Below are positions 37,859 through 50,994 of a DNA stretch of 54,689 nt, piece by piece (within the stretch, counting starts at the first letter, position 1; each line of letters opens with the position of its first letter). The notes beneath the pieces are model-generated. The model saw only the letters and a program-made list of their open reading frames with translations, was not told the DNA's origin and did not search any database. The translations under genes and the position numbers were made by a program. The DNA is from Betaproteobacteria bacterium (GTDB lineage: Bacteria; Pseudomonadota; Gammaproteobacteria; Burkholderiales; Burkholderiaceae_C): the NCBI GenBank assembly GCA_009925925.1, contig RFQA01000001.1, positions 1 through 54,689 of the forward strand. The letters run 5' to 3'.

Positions 37859-39271
37859 ATGACCCAGGGCTCTCATCCCAACTCCCACGACGGCTCCAAT
37901 TTCGAACTCGGGCAAAGCCTTTGGCAAAGCTGCGTAGACCAACTCGCGCAAGAGCTTCCCGAGCAGCAATTCAACACCTGGATCAAGCCACTGACGGCCC
38001 TCGTTCACGAGGACATGTCGAAAATTACCGTGTTTGTGGCTAACCGCTTCAAACTTGATTGGGTTCGCGCCCAATACAGCCAGCGCATTGCGGGAATGCT
38101 CGAGAAGCTTTACGGACAAGCTTTTTCCGTAGAGTTAGTGATCACTCCGCGGGAGGCGCCAGTGCGTCCGGCCATGGCACCCCGTGCCGCAGAAGTGCCC
38201 ACCGCCATTGAGGAAGCGGAAGTCGGCGAGGACCGCGTGGCCGGCGGGCCCAAGAGCCGGCTCAACAGCATGTTGACTTTTGAGAGTCTGGTGGAAGGAA
38301 CCGCGAACCGCATGGCGCGCGCCGCCGCGATGCACGTGGCCACCATGCCCGGCCACCTGTACAACCCCTTGTTTATCTACGGCGGCGTGGGCTTGGGCAA
38401 GACCCACTTGATGCACGCGGTTGGTAACAGACTGCTTGTGGATAAGCCCGGATCCAAGGTACTTTACATCCATGCAGAACAATTTGTGTCGGACGTGGTG
38501 AAGGCCTACCAACGCAAAACTTTTGACGAATTCAAGGAGCGCTACCACTCCCTGGACCTGCTGTTGATTGACGATGTGCAGTTCTTTGCCAACAAAGACC
38601 GCACTCAGGAAGAGTTCTTCAATGCTTTCGAGGCCTTGCTGGCCAAGAAGTCCCACATCGTGATGACCAGCGACACCTACCCCAAGGGCCTGGCCGACAT
38701 TCACGAGCGCCTGGTGTCCCGATTCGACTCCGGCCTGACGGTAGCCATCGAGCCGCCGGAGCTCGAAATGCGGGTGGCAATTCTGATCAACAAGGCGCAT
38801 GCCGAGGGCTCTGAAATGCCCGAAGAAGTGGCCTTTTTTGTGGCCAAGAACGTGCGCTCCAACGTCCGCGAATTGGAAGGCGCACTGCGCAAAATACTGG
38901 CGTATTCGCGCTTCAACCAGAAGGAAATCTCCATCCAGCTGGCACGGGAAGCCCTGCGCGACCTGCTGTCCATACAGAACCGGCAGATTTCGGTGGAAAA
39001 CATCCAAAAAACGGTGGCCGATTACTACAAGATCAAAGTCGCGGACATGTATTCCAAAAAGCGGCCTGCCAGCATTGCACGGCCGCGCCAGATCGCCATG
39101 TACCTGGCCAAGGAGCTCACCCAGAAGAGCCTGCCCGAAATCGGGGAGTTGTTCGGGGGGCGCGACCACACCACGGTGCTGCATGCAGTGCGCAAAATCG
39201 GCGGCGAACGCCAGCAGCTCACTGAACTGAACCAACAGTTACACGTTCTGGAGCAAACCCTGAAGGGTTAA
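37859..39271 (+). CDS. dnaA: Chromosomal replication initiator DnaA
   Basis: [51 protein letters not shown]. Confidence 0.99.
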   Translation: MTQGSHPNSHDGSNFELGQSLWQSCVDQLAQELPEQQFNTWIKPLTALVHEDMSKITVFVANRFKLDWVRAQYSQRIAGMLEKLYGQAFSVELVITPREAPVRPAMAPRAAEVPTAIEEAEVGEDRVAGGPKSRLNSMLTFESLVEGTANRMARAAAMHVATMPGHLYNPLFIYGGVGLGKTHLMHAVGNRLLVDKPGSKVLYIHAEQFVSDVVKAYQRKTFDEFKERYHSLDLLLIDDVQFFANKDRTQEEFFNAFEALLAKKSHIVMTSDTYPKGLADIHERLVSRFDSGLTVAIEPPELEMRVAILINKAHAEGSEMPEEVAFFVAKNVRSNVRELEGALRKILAYSRFNQKEISIQLAREALRDLLSIQNRQISVENIQKTVADYYKIKVADMYSKKRPASIARPRQIAMYLAKELTQKSLPEIGELFGGRDHTTVLHAVRKIGGERQQLTELNQQLHVLEQTLKG

Positions 39272-39364
39272 CAGCAAAAACACGCGCCTACCCCCGTAAC
39301 TCACTGAAAAAACAGGGAAAATGGCAGGATTGAATGTTTGGCAGAGTTTCACAAAGAGGTTGAC

Positions 39365-40471
39365 ATGATCGTATTGAAGGCAACGCAAGACAAGGTCTTA
39401 TCGGTTCTGCAATCGGTGGCCGGTATTGTCGAACGCCGCCACACCTTGCCCATTCTTGCCAACGTGCTGTTGCGCAAGACCGGAACCTCTCTTCAGCTCA
39501 CCACCAGCGACCTCGAAATCCAGATCCGTACTACGGCAGAACTGGGCGGCGACACCGGCAACTTCACCACCACCATCGGAGCACGCAAGCTGATCGACAT
39601 CCTGCGCACCATGCCCGGTGACCAGACCGTGTCTCTGGAATCCAGCCAAAGCAAAATCATCCTCAAAGGCGGCAAGAGCAAGTTCACGCTCCAGACCATG
39701 CAAGCAGAGGACTTCCCTCTGGTGCAGGAAAGCGCCAGCTTCGGCCCCGTGTTCAGCGTGCCGCAAAAAACCCTGAAGAACCTTCTGAGCCAGGTGTCCT
39801 TCGCCATGGCAGTCCACGACATTCGCTACTACCTCAACGGCATTCTTTTTGTAGCCGAAGGCAAGCAGCTCAGCCTGGTCGCCACCGATGGCCACCGCCT
39901 AGCATTCGCCTCTGCCACGCTCGATGTGGAAGTGCCCAAGCAGGAAGTCATTCTGCCCCGCAAAACGGTCATCGAATTGCAACGCTTGCTGTCTGACGCC
40001 GAAGGCGCCATCGAGATGCAATTCGCGAACAACCAGGCCAAATTCACGTTCGACGGCATGGAGTTCGTGACCAAGTTGGTGGAAGGCAAATTCCCCGACT
40101 ACAACCGCGTCATCCCCAAGAACCACAAGAACAGCATCACCCTGGGCCGCGAAGCGTTGCTCAAAACGCTGCAACGCACCGCCATCCTGACCAGCGACAA
40201 GTTCAAGGGCGTGCGCCTGAACATTGATCCCGGCAGCCTGCGCGTAGCCTCCAACAACGCCGAGCAGGAAGAAGCGGTGGACGAGTTGGACATCGACTAC
40301 GGCGGCGACAGCATCGAGATCGGCTTCAACGTGACCTACCTGATCGACGCCCTGAGCAATATGAGCCAGGACATGGTGAAAGTGGAGCTGTCCGACGGCA
40401 ACAGTTCTGCCCTGATCACCATCCCCGACAACACGACCTTCAAGTACGTCGTGATGCCCATGAGAATCTGA
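39365..40471 (+). CDS. dnaN: DNA polymerase III beta clamp
   Basis: LPILANV, RYYLNG, VATDGHRL, GKFPDY, VVMPMRI. Confidence 0.98.
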   Translation: MIVLKATQDKVLSVLQSVAGIVERRHTLPILANVLLRKTGTSLQLTTSDLEIQIRTTAELGGDTGNFTTTIGARKLIDILRTMPGDQTVSLESSQSKIILKGGKSKFTLQTMQAEDFPLVQESASFGPVFSVPQKTLKNLLSQVSFAMAVHDIRYYLNGILFVAEGKQLSLVATDGHRLAFASATLDVEVPKQEVILPRKTVIELQRLLSDAEGAIEMQFANNQAKFTFDGMEFVTKLVEGKFPDYNRVIPKNHKNSITLGREALLKTLQRTAILTSDKFKGVRLNIDPGSLRVASNNAEQEEAVDELDIDYGGDSIEIGFNVTYLIDALSNMSQDMVKVELSDGNSSALITIPDNTTFKYVVMPMRI

Positions 40472-40472
40472 T

Positions 40473-43169
<2,697 letters not shown>

Positions 43170-43170
<1 letters not shown>

Positions 43171-43853
43171 TGACGCTGAGTTCCGGAACGCCGGGGCTCA
43201 TCGGTCTGCTGGAAACCTGGAGTGCGATAGAAGTCCGACCCACCCGGCCGGACTGGGCACTCCATTGGAGCGCGTGGCTGGGGCCACTGGATGCCATGGC
43301 ATTGCGTGGCGCCTTGCCCGCCATCACCAAAGCAACCAAAGTGGTTGCATCCCGGACCGCGCATGAGCCCGACCTGAGCCAGGCATTGCAACAGCTGCGT
43401 GATGACTTGACCGGATTCATCCGGCAAGCACCGGTGCGGGCGGTGCCTGCGCAGGTGCGCGTGGCGGGCATTGCCCAAGCGGCGCCCGAACCGGCGGAAG
43501 ATGAGGACTACGGCAGCTACCGCCAGCGCTACCTGGACATCCAGCGTCGCATGGAGCTGCGCATAGGCCCGTTCCGCCAGCATTGCCGGGAGGTACTTGC
43601 CCGCACCAGCCCCCGCCTGAGCCAATTGGCCCAGATGGATGCCACCCTGGAAGACATGCTGGGTGAACGCGCTCAGGCACTGCTAGCCAAGCTCTCCGCA
43701 TTGCTGGAGCGGCGTTTTCACCGTTATCGCCAGGATTCCGCGCTCTCCATGGCCGCATTCGAGCAAGATTTTCACGACGCCCTGGTGGCGGAACTGCACT
43801 TTAGATTGGAACCCGTCACCGGCCTGGTAGAGGCCTGGCAGACCGGGGCCTGA
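43170..43853 (+). CDS. zorF: DUF3348-like protein (Zorya type III ZorF-like)
   Basis: YRQRYLDIQRRME..I...R, LAQMDA.LE, AEL.FRLEPV.GL.EA; first gene before zorA/zorB; TGATG overlap with the gyrB stop. Confidence 0.75.
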
Positions 43854-43859
43854 CACCTT

Positions 43860-45743
43860 ATGACTCAAGATATGAACCGTTTCGTCATCCCTGCCGCTGT
43901 AGGCGCAGGGGCTGTTTTTGTGGGCTGGATTGCTCTGGGCTTTGTAGGCACCAGTTATCTGGCTCTGTGCATGACGTTGCTCATAGGTGCGGTATATGCC
44001 ATCGGCCTGCGGGAAATGTCCAGCTACCGCGCCAGCACCAACACCTTGCGGCAGGCGCTCACCGACATGGGCGAACCGCTGGAGTCGCTCAGCGCATGGT
44101 TGGCCCGCGTACCCTCCGCATTGCAACCCAGCGTACGTGCGCGCATTGAGGGTGAGCGGGTGGGCCTACCCGGCCCGTCGCTCACTCCGTATCTCGTTGG
44201 CCTGTTGGTCATGCTGGGCATGCTGGGCACCTTTCTGGGCATGGTCATGACCTTCAAAGGCGCCGTCTTTGCCTTGGAGGGCTCTGCCGACCTGCAAGCT
44301 ATTCGCGCGGCGCTTGCGGCACCTATCAAAGGTCTTGGCTTGTCCTTTGGTACCTCGGTGGCGGGGGTGGCGACATCGGCTTTGCTGGGTCTGGTGTCCG
44401 CACTTTGCCGCCGCGAGCGCCTGCAAGTCACCCGCCTGCTGGACAGTCGCATTGCCACTGTGCTGCGGCCCTTCACTCTGGCCCACCAACGGGAAGCCGG
44501 GCTTCTTGCCCAGCAGCAGCAGGTGCAGGCACTGCCTGCGGTGGCAGAACAGCTCAGCCGGTTGATGGAGCAGATCGAACAACGCAACCTGGCCCTGAAC
44601 ACACGGCTGGAAGCCCAGCAGCAAGCCTTCCACGCCGACGTCGGCCGCGCCTACACCGGCCTGGCCACAGCCGTGGGGCAAAGCCTGCAAGACAGCCTGT
44701 TGGCGGGCGCCAAGCAAACCAGCGAAGCCATCGTGCCGGTGATGGAATCCGCCCTGCAGCAGCTGGTAGCCGAGACGCGCCAACAACACACGCAGATGCG
44801 TGAAGCTTTGCAAGCGCAACTCCAGGGCGTGCAAGCTGCCTTCCGCGATGGCACCCACACCCTGACGGCCGACTGGGCACGCGCCCTGAATGAGAGCACC
44901 GCCACCCTGCAGACCGAATGGCAGCGCGCGGGCGAACACGCGCAGGCGCAGCAACAGGCTTTGGCCCGCACGCTGGAAGCCAACGTGGCCACCATCACCG
45001 AGCACACCGCCAGCCAAGCGAGTGCAGCCATAGCCGGCATGGCCCGTGTGCTGACGCAATCTGAAGCGCTGGTCGCTGCCCAACAGCAGGCCGAGGCCAC
45101 GTGGGCAGAACAGCAGCAAGCCCGCATGGACCAACTTACCAACCAGTGGCGCACTGGACTGAACGACTTGCGTGCAGAAGAAGCCGCCCGCAGCGAAGCC
45201 GCCGCTGCTCGCATCAGCGAACTCACCCTGCAACTTCGCACCGGCGTGAGCCAGCTGGACGAACGTGACACGCTGGCACTGCAAGAGCGCCAACAGCTCA
45301 TGGAGCGCCTGCACGGCGTGCTGCAATCGGCCGAGGCCACCACGCAAGGCCAGCGCGCCGCCATCGACACCTTGGTCGCCAACACCGGCCGCACGCTGCT
45401 GCAAGTGCATGAGCAGTTTTCGCAAACACTGGCGCTACAAGCCGACAAGGCCGACCACTTGGCCGCGCAAGTGGGTGGCAGTGCCACCGAACTTTCCAAC
45501 CTCGGCAGCAGCTTCCAGCAAGCGGTGGAACTGTTTGTGGGTACCAGCGAGCAGCTGGTCCAAAGCCTGCGGGGGGTGGAGGCCGCATTCAACCAATCCA
45601 TGGAGCGCAGTGACGAGCAGCTGGCCTACTACGTGGCCCAGGCGCGTGAGGTGATCGACCTCAGTCTGAGCTCGCAAAAAGCAGTGGTGGAAGACCTGCG
45701 CAAGCTGCGCAATCAGGCCGTCGCTACCGCAGGGACTGCGTGA
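43860..45743 (+). CDS. zorA: MotA/ExbB-like membrane protein with long helical tail (DUF802; ZorA-like)
   Basis: TM segments with LGMLGTFLG and SFGTSVAG, then ~400 aa Q/A/E-rich coiled coil ending SDEQLAYYVAQAREVIDLS. Confidence 0.82.
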   Translation: MTQDMNRFVIPAAVGAGAVFVGWIALGFVGTSYLALCMTLLIGAVYAIGLREMSSYRASTNTLRQALTDMGEPLESLSAWLARVPSALQPSVRARIEGERVGLPGPSLTPYLVGLLVMLGMLGTFLGMVMTFKGAVFALEGSADLQAIRAALAAPIKGLGLSFGTSVAGVATSALLGLVSALCRRERLQVTRLLDSRIATVLRPFTLAHQREAGLLAQQQQVQALPAVAEQLSRLMEQIEQRNLALNTRLEAQQQAFHADVGRAYTGLATAVGQSLQDSLLAGAKQTSEAIVPVMESALQQLVAETRQQHTQMREALQAQLQGVQAAFRDGTHTLTADWARALNESTATLQTEWQRAGEHAQAQQQALARTLEANVATITEHTASQASAAIAGMARVLTQSEALVAAQQQAEATWAEQQQARMDQLTNQWRTGLNDLRAEEAARSEAAAARISELTLQLRTGVSQLDERDTLALQERQQLMERLHGVLQSAEATTQGQRAAIDTLVANTGRTLLQVHEQFSQTLALQADKADHLAAQVGGSATELSNLGSSFQQAVELFVGTSEQLVQSLRGVEAAFNQSMERSDEQLAYYVAQAREVIDLSLSSQKAVVEDLRKLRNQAVATAGTA

Positions 45744-46387
45744 TGACGGACATCGACACCATGGACGACAGCGCGGTCGATAGCGCCCCGGTCTGGGCTA
45801 CTTTTGGCGACCTGATGGCCGGCCTGCTGGGTGCGTTTGTGCTGATTCTGGTCGGGGTGTTGGTGGTACAGATGGACCTGGTCGCCAACCTGGAGTCCGA
45901 AGTCAAAAAACGCCAGCAGGAAGAACAGCGCCGCATGGCCTTGGATAAGGCCTTGGCCATCCCCTTGCAATCGGGCCGCGTTACCTTGAGTAACGGGCGC
46001 ATCGGCATCAGTGGCAGCGTGCTGTTTGCCGTCAACTCCGACCAACTGCGCTCCGACGGGCGGCAGCTGCTCAAAAGCCTGGTGCCGCCACTGCAGGTCT
46101 ACCTGGGTGAGCGGGACGAGATGCTCATGGTCAGCGGCTTTACGGACAACGTAGCCGTCTCAGGAGCCAACCGGCACTTTGCCGACAACCTGGAGCTTTC
46201 CGCCCAACGCTCGCTCACCGTGACGCGCGCACTCATTGAAGAGGGCATGCCCGCCTCGCGCGTGTTTGCTGCGGCTTTTGGCGCACAGCAGCCCGTGGCA
46301 TCGAACCAAAACGAGAGCGGCAGGGCCCTGAACCGCCGGGTGGAAATGGCCCCGGTACCCAAAGGTACGCAAGCTGCCCATGACTGA
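45740..46387 (+). CDS. zorB: MotB/OmpA-family protein (ZorB-like)
   Basis: W..FGDLM TM with the conserved Asp; OmpA_C motifs GFTD, NLELSAQR, NRRVE. Confidence 0.85.
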   Translation: MMTDIDTMDDSAVDSAPVWATFGDLMAGLLGAFVLILVGVLVVQMDLVANLESEVKKRQQEEQRRMALDKALAIPLQSGRVTLSNGRIGISGSVLFAVNSDQLRSDGRQLLKSLVPPLQVYLGERDEMLMVSGFTDNVAVSGANRHFADNLELSAQRSLTVTRALIEEGMPASRVFAAAFGAQQPVASNQNESGRALNRRVEMAPVPKGTQAAHD

Positions 46388-46832
46388 CGCGTCGCACGCC
46401 ATGCCCGCCCTGCTTAAGCGCATGCGCCATCTCCCGGCGCGGCCACGCACTGCGATTCCCCGCAAAGGCCTGGACGCCCTAAAGGCCCTGAACCGCAGCT
46501 TGCAGAGCATCGCGGCAGTCACTGAAAACGCGGCAACGGCTTCCAGCCCCACACGCACGGTGGAGATGAAAAGCGTGCAGCAATTCAGACAGTCGTGGCA
46601 ACGCATGAAGGTGCAAGACCAGGTGGAGCACGCGCTGCAACAAGGCCCCGCCAACGCCGGCCCGCTCAATTCCCACCGGCTGGTGCTGCGCACTTTGGGT
46701 CTGATGCAAGACCTGTCTCCCGCCTACCTGCACCACTTCATGAACCACTTGGACACCATGCTGCAGCTGGACACCATGACGCTGCCGCAGGCGACCAAAC
46801 CGGCAAGAGGCGGAAAACGCCGCCTCAAGTAG
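46380..46832 (+). CDS. zorG: DUF2894-like protein (Zorya type III ZorG-like)
   Basis: FRQSW...ALQQGPANAGPLNSH.LVLR.L..M..LSP.YL.HFM.H.D. Confidence 0.75.
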   Translation: MTDASHAMPALLKRMRHLPARPRTAIPRKGLDALKALNRSLQSIAAVTENAATASSPTRTVEMKSVQQFRQSWQRMKVQDQVEHALQQGPANAGPLNSHRLVLRTLGLMQDLSPAYLHHFMNHLDTMLQLDTMTLPQATKPARGGKRRLK

Positions 46833-46869
46833 GATGCGCCAAAGCGTCAAGCCCTAAACAGGATTCCCC

Positions 46870-47223
46870 ATGAACAGCTCCCCCATCCAACGCATCCACC
46901 CTGCCGCCCAATGGTCCGACGCGGTGGTGCACAACGGCACTGCCTATTTTGTGGAAGTGCCCGAAGGCGGCACAAACATCACCAGCCAATCGCAAGCTGT
47001 GTTTGCACAAGCCGAGCGCACGCTGGCGCTGGCTGGCAGTGACAAAAGCCGTCTACTGATTGCCACCATCTACCTCAAGCACATGAGCGACCGTGCTGCC
47101 TTCAATGCCGCGTGGCAAGCCTGGCTCCCAGAGGGTTGCGCACCGGCCCGGGTGTGCGTGAGCGCCGAGATGGCCAGCCCGGACTATCTGCTGGAGATTG
47201 CATTTACCGCAGCAACCGCCTGA
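46870..47223 (+). CDS. RidA/YjgF family protein
   Basis: WSDAVVHNG, IYL, FN.AW.AW, PARVCV, LLEI. Confidence 0.9.
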   Translation: MNSSPIQRIHPAAQWSDAVVHNGTAYFVEVPEGGTNITSQSQAVFAQAERTLALAGSDKSRLLIATIYLKHMSDRAAFNAAWQAWLPEGCAPARVCVSAEMASPDYLLEIAFTAATA

Positions 47224-47246
47224 ACGGTTCCACCGGTATTTTTAGG

Positions 47247-47302
47247 TAAAAAATGCCATTAGCCCTCATGAAACATGCGCAGGCTGCTTCTATTTTAATA
47301 GC
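47247..47302 (-). repeat. Dispersed motif, copy D (ridA-lacI intergenic)
   Basis: Reverse complement: gctat taaaata gaagc agcct gcgc atgtttcatgagg gct aatggcattttttac. Confidence 0.78.
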
Positions 47303-47340
47303 AAGCTGAGGGCTGACTTCTCCCCTGTGCCGAACTGTCC

Positions 47341-48360
47341 TTAAACGCTACTTCGCAGAAGGCCGGTGGAGGCCCGCACCACCAGCACCGGATCGGGCAC
47401 GTGCACGATGGTGGGTTCGTGCTGGGGGTTTTCAATCAAATCCAGCAACAGGTTGATGGAGATGGTGGCCACCTGCTCAATGCCGAGGGCCACGGTAGTA
47501 AGCGCCGGGCGCATGTCGCGCGCAAGCTGGATGTCGGTAATGCCGATGAGGGAAATGTCTTGCGGGATGCGGATGCCCCGATCGGCCAGCGCCTGGCTGG
47601 CGCCATAGGCCATCAAATCATTGGTGCAAAAAATGGCGGTGATGTCGGGGTGCTGCTCCAGCAATGAATCGGTCGCCTCATGGCCGCCGGCCACGGTGTC
47701 GCTCACATTGCGGACCATTGGCTCAGCCAGCGTAATGCCGGCGACAGACAAGGCGCTTTTGAACCCGTCCAGACGCCCAAGCTGCATGCCCTCCAGGCCG
47801 CAACCTACGATGGCACCAATGCGCTGGTGGCCCAAGTCCAGCAAATGCTGCCCTGCAATTTCGCCCGCGCGGTGGAAGTTCACCACCACATGGGGAATGC
47901 GATTGGCGAGGTCCACCTGCTCTTCGGACGCCAGCACGATAGGGGATCGCCGGGTCTTCAGCTCATTGATGTCGTCCGCGCTGATACCGGTGTGCAGCAC
48001 CAGCACGCCGTCGGCCAGCGTACCGGCAATCTGGTGCAGATACGCGCGGCCGATGTCAGGGCGCTCGTCGGTGTTGCACACCATCAGAAAGTAGTTGCGA
48101 TGCCGCGCCACCCGCTCGGCCACCCGCACGAACTCGGGGTAGAAGGGGTTGTTGATGTCGGGCAGCACCAGCGCCACCATGGACGACTTGCCTTCGGCCA
48201 GTGCGCGTGCCATGAGGTTGGGGCGGTAGCCGGTGGCGGCAATCGCTTCCTGCACCTTTTGCACCGTGGCTGGCTTCACCTTCTGCGTGTTGCGCAGCAC
48301 ATTGGACACCGTGGCGGTGGTGACTCCTGCCAGACGGGCGACTTCACTCAGGGTAGCCAT
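47341..48360 (-). CDS. LacI family transcriptional repressor
   Basis: TLSEVARLAGVTTATVSNVL HTH, YRPN..AR.L hinge, AIFCTND, PALTTV; divergent from the lac ABC operon. Confidence 0.95.
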   Translation of the reverse strand: MATLSEVARLAGVTTATVSNVLRNTQKVKPATVQKVQEAIAATGYRPNLMARALAEGKSSMVALVLPDINNPFYPEFVRVAERVARHRNYFLMVCNTDERPDIGRAYLHQIAGTLADGVLVLHTGISADDINELKTRRSPIVLASEEQVDLANRIPHVVVNFHRAGEIAGQHLLDLGHQRIGAIVGCGLEGMQLGRLDGFKSALSVAGITLAEPMVRNVSDTVAGGHEATDSLLEQHPDITAIFCTNDLMAYGASQALADRGIRIPQDISLIGITDIQLARDMRPALTTVALGIEQVATISINLLLDLIENPQHEPTIVHVPDPVLVVRASTGLLRSSV

Positions 48361-48475
48361 GGGCGCTGCAATTTCGTGTGAATTGGCATCGATTGATACG
48401 TTTTTTGATCCCTAGGACTTACCCTAGGAGCCGGTTTTTTTGCGGATACCCGTAGGTATACTCGAAAAATTGTCG

Positions 48476-48494
48476 AATTTAACCGCTTAAATTT
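48476..48494. promoter_or_regulatory. LacI-family operator, copy 1
   Basis: AATTTAACCGCTTAAATTT, near-palindrome with central CG. Confidence 0.8.
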
Positions 48495-48577
48495 TTAATT
48501 TTCGGATGTCTCCCCGGCGGGTCTGCAAGCCTTCCGGACCGGTGGCGGTACGAATGTCGACATGTGTTTCAGTCAGA

Positions 48578-48596
48578 AATTTAACCGCTTAAATTT
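48578..48596. promoter_or_regulatory. LacI-family operator, copy 2
   Basis: Identical 19-mer 102 bp downstream of copy 1. Confidence 0.8.
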
Positions 48597-48776
48597 ACGA
48601 AAGGACGCCAGCCGGTACCAGGATTCAACCCCAACTCACTCTGGTTTCATTTACAAAGGCAGAGCCAGCCCCGCCTCACATTTTTTGGCAGGCACGGACT
48701 CTGGAGACAACAGATACGCATGCGACGGTTCGCCCCGCATGACGTGCCTGACCCCCTATCAACAGGAAGACAGACT

Positions 48777-50063
48777 ATGAATTTCGCAAAACGCTTCACC
48801 ATCCGCAGCACCGCTGCCGCCATGTTGGGCCTGGCCCTGGGCACCACCGGCCTGATGGCCAGCCACGCCGCCAACGCCGGCGAAGTCACCATCTGGGCAT
48901 GGGACCCGAACTTCAACATCGCCATCATGCAAGAGGCGGCCAAGCGCTACACCGCCAAGAACCCCGGAGTGACATTCAACATCGTGGACATGGCCAAGGC
49001 TGACCTGGAGCAAAAGCTGCAAACCACCCTGGCCTCCGGCGTGACCAAGAACCTGCCCGACATCGTGCTGGTGGAAGACTACAACGCCCCCAAGTACCTG
49101 CGCTCTTTCCCCGGCGCGTTTGAATCTCTATCCGGCAAGGTGGACCACAAAGCGTTTGCCAACTACAAGGTCAACCTGATGACCATGGGCGGCAAAGTCT
49201 ATGGCGTTCCTTTCGACACCGGTACCACCGGCATGTACTACCGCAGCGACCTGATCAAGCAAGCCGGCTTCAGCGACAAGGACATGCAGAACATCACCTG
49301 GGACCGTTACCTGGAAATCGGCAAGCAAGTCGAAACCAAAACCGGCAAGAAGATGTTTGCCATGGACCCGTCCGACGGTGGTCTCATTCGCGTCATGATG
49401 CAAGGTGCCGGCCGTTGGTACTTTGACAAAGACGGCAAGCTGGACATCAAGAACAACCCCGCGCTCAAAGCCGCGCTGGAAACTCAAGTCAAGTTCCTGA
49501 AGTCCGGCATCTACAAGCCCACCTCCGGATGGGGCGAGTGGGTCGGGGCCTTGAACAAGGGTGACGTTGCATCCATAACCACAGGTGTGTGGATCACTGG
49601 TTCCGTGAAAGCCGAAGCCAGCCAATCCGGCAAGTGGGCCGTCGCGCCGACTCCGCGCTTGAATGTGCCAGGCGCTGTAAACGCCTCCAACCTGGGCGGT
49701 TCCAGCTGGTACGTGCTCTCCAGCGGCAAGGAAAAGGCAGCTGCAATCGACTTCTTGAACCAGATTTATGCCAAGGATGTGGATTTCTACCAAACCATCC
49801 TGCAGTCCCGCGGTGCGGTGGGCTCTCTGCTGGCTTCCCGCGGTGGCAAAGCCTACTCTGAGGGCGACGCATTCTTCGGTGGCGACAAGGTGTGGCAGAA
49901 GTTCAGTGACTGGATGGGCAAAGTGCCAGCTGTGAACTACGGCATGTACACCTACGAAGGTGATGCTGCTGTAGCCGCCCAGCTACCTGGCCTTGCACAA
50001 GGTGTGCCGGTCGAAAAGGCGATGGAAAACATCCACAACCAGCTCGCCTCGCAAGTCAAATAA
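48777..50063 (+). CDS. lacE: Sugar (lactose-type) ABC transporter substrate-binding protein
   Basis: Signal peptide, TIWAWDPNFN, LPDIV, NLGGSSW; in an operon with a GH2 beta-galactosidase. Confidence 0.82.
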   Translation: MNFAKRFTIRSTAAAMLGLALGTTGLMASHAANAGEVTIWAWDPNFNIAIMQEAAKRYTAKNPGVTFNIVDMAKADLEQKLQTTLASGVTKNLPDIVLVEDYNAPKYLRSFPGAFESLSGKVDHKAFANYKVNLMTMGGKVYGVPFDTGTTGMYYRSDLIKQAGFSDKDMQNITWDRYLEIGKQVETKTGKKMFAMDPSDGGLIRVMMQGAGRWYFDKDGKLDIKNNPALKAALETQVKFLKSGIYKPTSGWGEWVGALNKGDVASITTGVWITGSVKAEASQSGKWAVAPTPRLNVPGAVNASNLGGSSWYVLSSGKEKAAAIDFLNQIYAKDVDFYQTILQSRGAVGSLLASRGGKAYSEGDAFFGGDKVWQKFSDWMGKVPAVNYGMYTYEGDAAVAAQLPGLAQGVPVEKAMENIHNQLASQVK

Positions 50064-50094
50064 GCGCCCTGCAACCCTGAACTGAAGGAGCACC

Positions 50095-50994
50095 ATGGGC
50101 CTGAAGCCTACGACCAGCTACCGCCGTTTTTACGACGTCAACGGTTGGCTTTTTGTATCTACAGCACTTGTACTGATCGGGGTCTTCATGGCCTATCCGA
50201 TCGTCAAGTCTCTGTGGATGTCCCTCCACGCCGGACAGGGCACGGTGGTGGAGTTCGTGGGTACCGGGAACGTGGTGCGCCTTGCAAGCGATCCGATTTT
50301 TCTGAGGGCGTTACAAAACACCTTCATCTTCCTGATCATCCAAGTCCCGATCATGATCGTGCTGGCACTGATCATGGCAAGTTGTCTGAACATGCCGAAC
50401 CTGCGCTTCCGCGGTCTCTTGCGCACTGCAGTGTTCCTGCCCTGCGTCACATCGCTGGTTGCGTACTCGGTGCTGTTCAAAAGCATGTTTTCGTATGACG
50501 GTCTGATCAACCACGCGCTCGCGTGGCTGGGAATCATCAGTGAGCCTATCGCCTGGCTGAATGATCCGTTCTGGTCCAAAGTCGTCATCATCACGGCTAT
50601 CACCTGGCGCTGGACAGGCTACAACATGATCTTCTATCTTGCGGCCATGCAGAACATCGACAAGTCGATTTATGAAGCCGCCCGGATTGATGGCATTTCG
50701 GCGTATCGCCGCTTTGTGTCCATCACCATCCCCATGCTTAAGCCAGTGATTTTGTTTACCACAGTGACGTCCACCATCGGCACCCTGCAGTTGTTTGACG
50801 AGCCCATGAACATTACCGCCGTAAGTGGCGTGGTGTCGGACAGCACGCTCACGTTGTCCCTCTACATTTACAACCTGTCTTTCAAATTCGTACCTAATTT
50901 CGGCTACGCCGCCACGGTGTCTTACGTGATCGTAGTGCTGGTCGCCCTGCTGGCTGCCGTCCAGTTCTATGCTGCCCGGGAGCGCAATGAATGA
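50095..50994 (+). CDS. lacF: Sugar ABC transporter permease
   Basis: WRWTGYNM, EAA motif YEAARIDG. Confidence 0.82.
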   Translation: MGLKPTTSYRRFYDVNGWLFVSTALVLIGVFMAYPIVKSLWMSLHAGQGTVVEFVGTGNVVRLASDPIFLRALQNTFIFLIIQVPIMIVLALIMASCLNMPNLRFRGLLRTAVFLPCVTSLVAYSVLFKSMFSYDGLINHALAWLGIISEPIAWLNDPFWSKVVIITAITWRWTGYNMIFYLAAMQNIDKSIYEAARIDGISAYRRFVSITIPMLKPVILFTTVTSTIGTLQLFDEPMNITAVSGVVSDSTLTLSLYIYNLSFKFVPNFGYAATVSYVIVVLVALLAAVQFYAARERNE

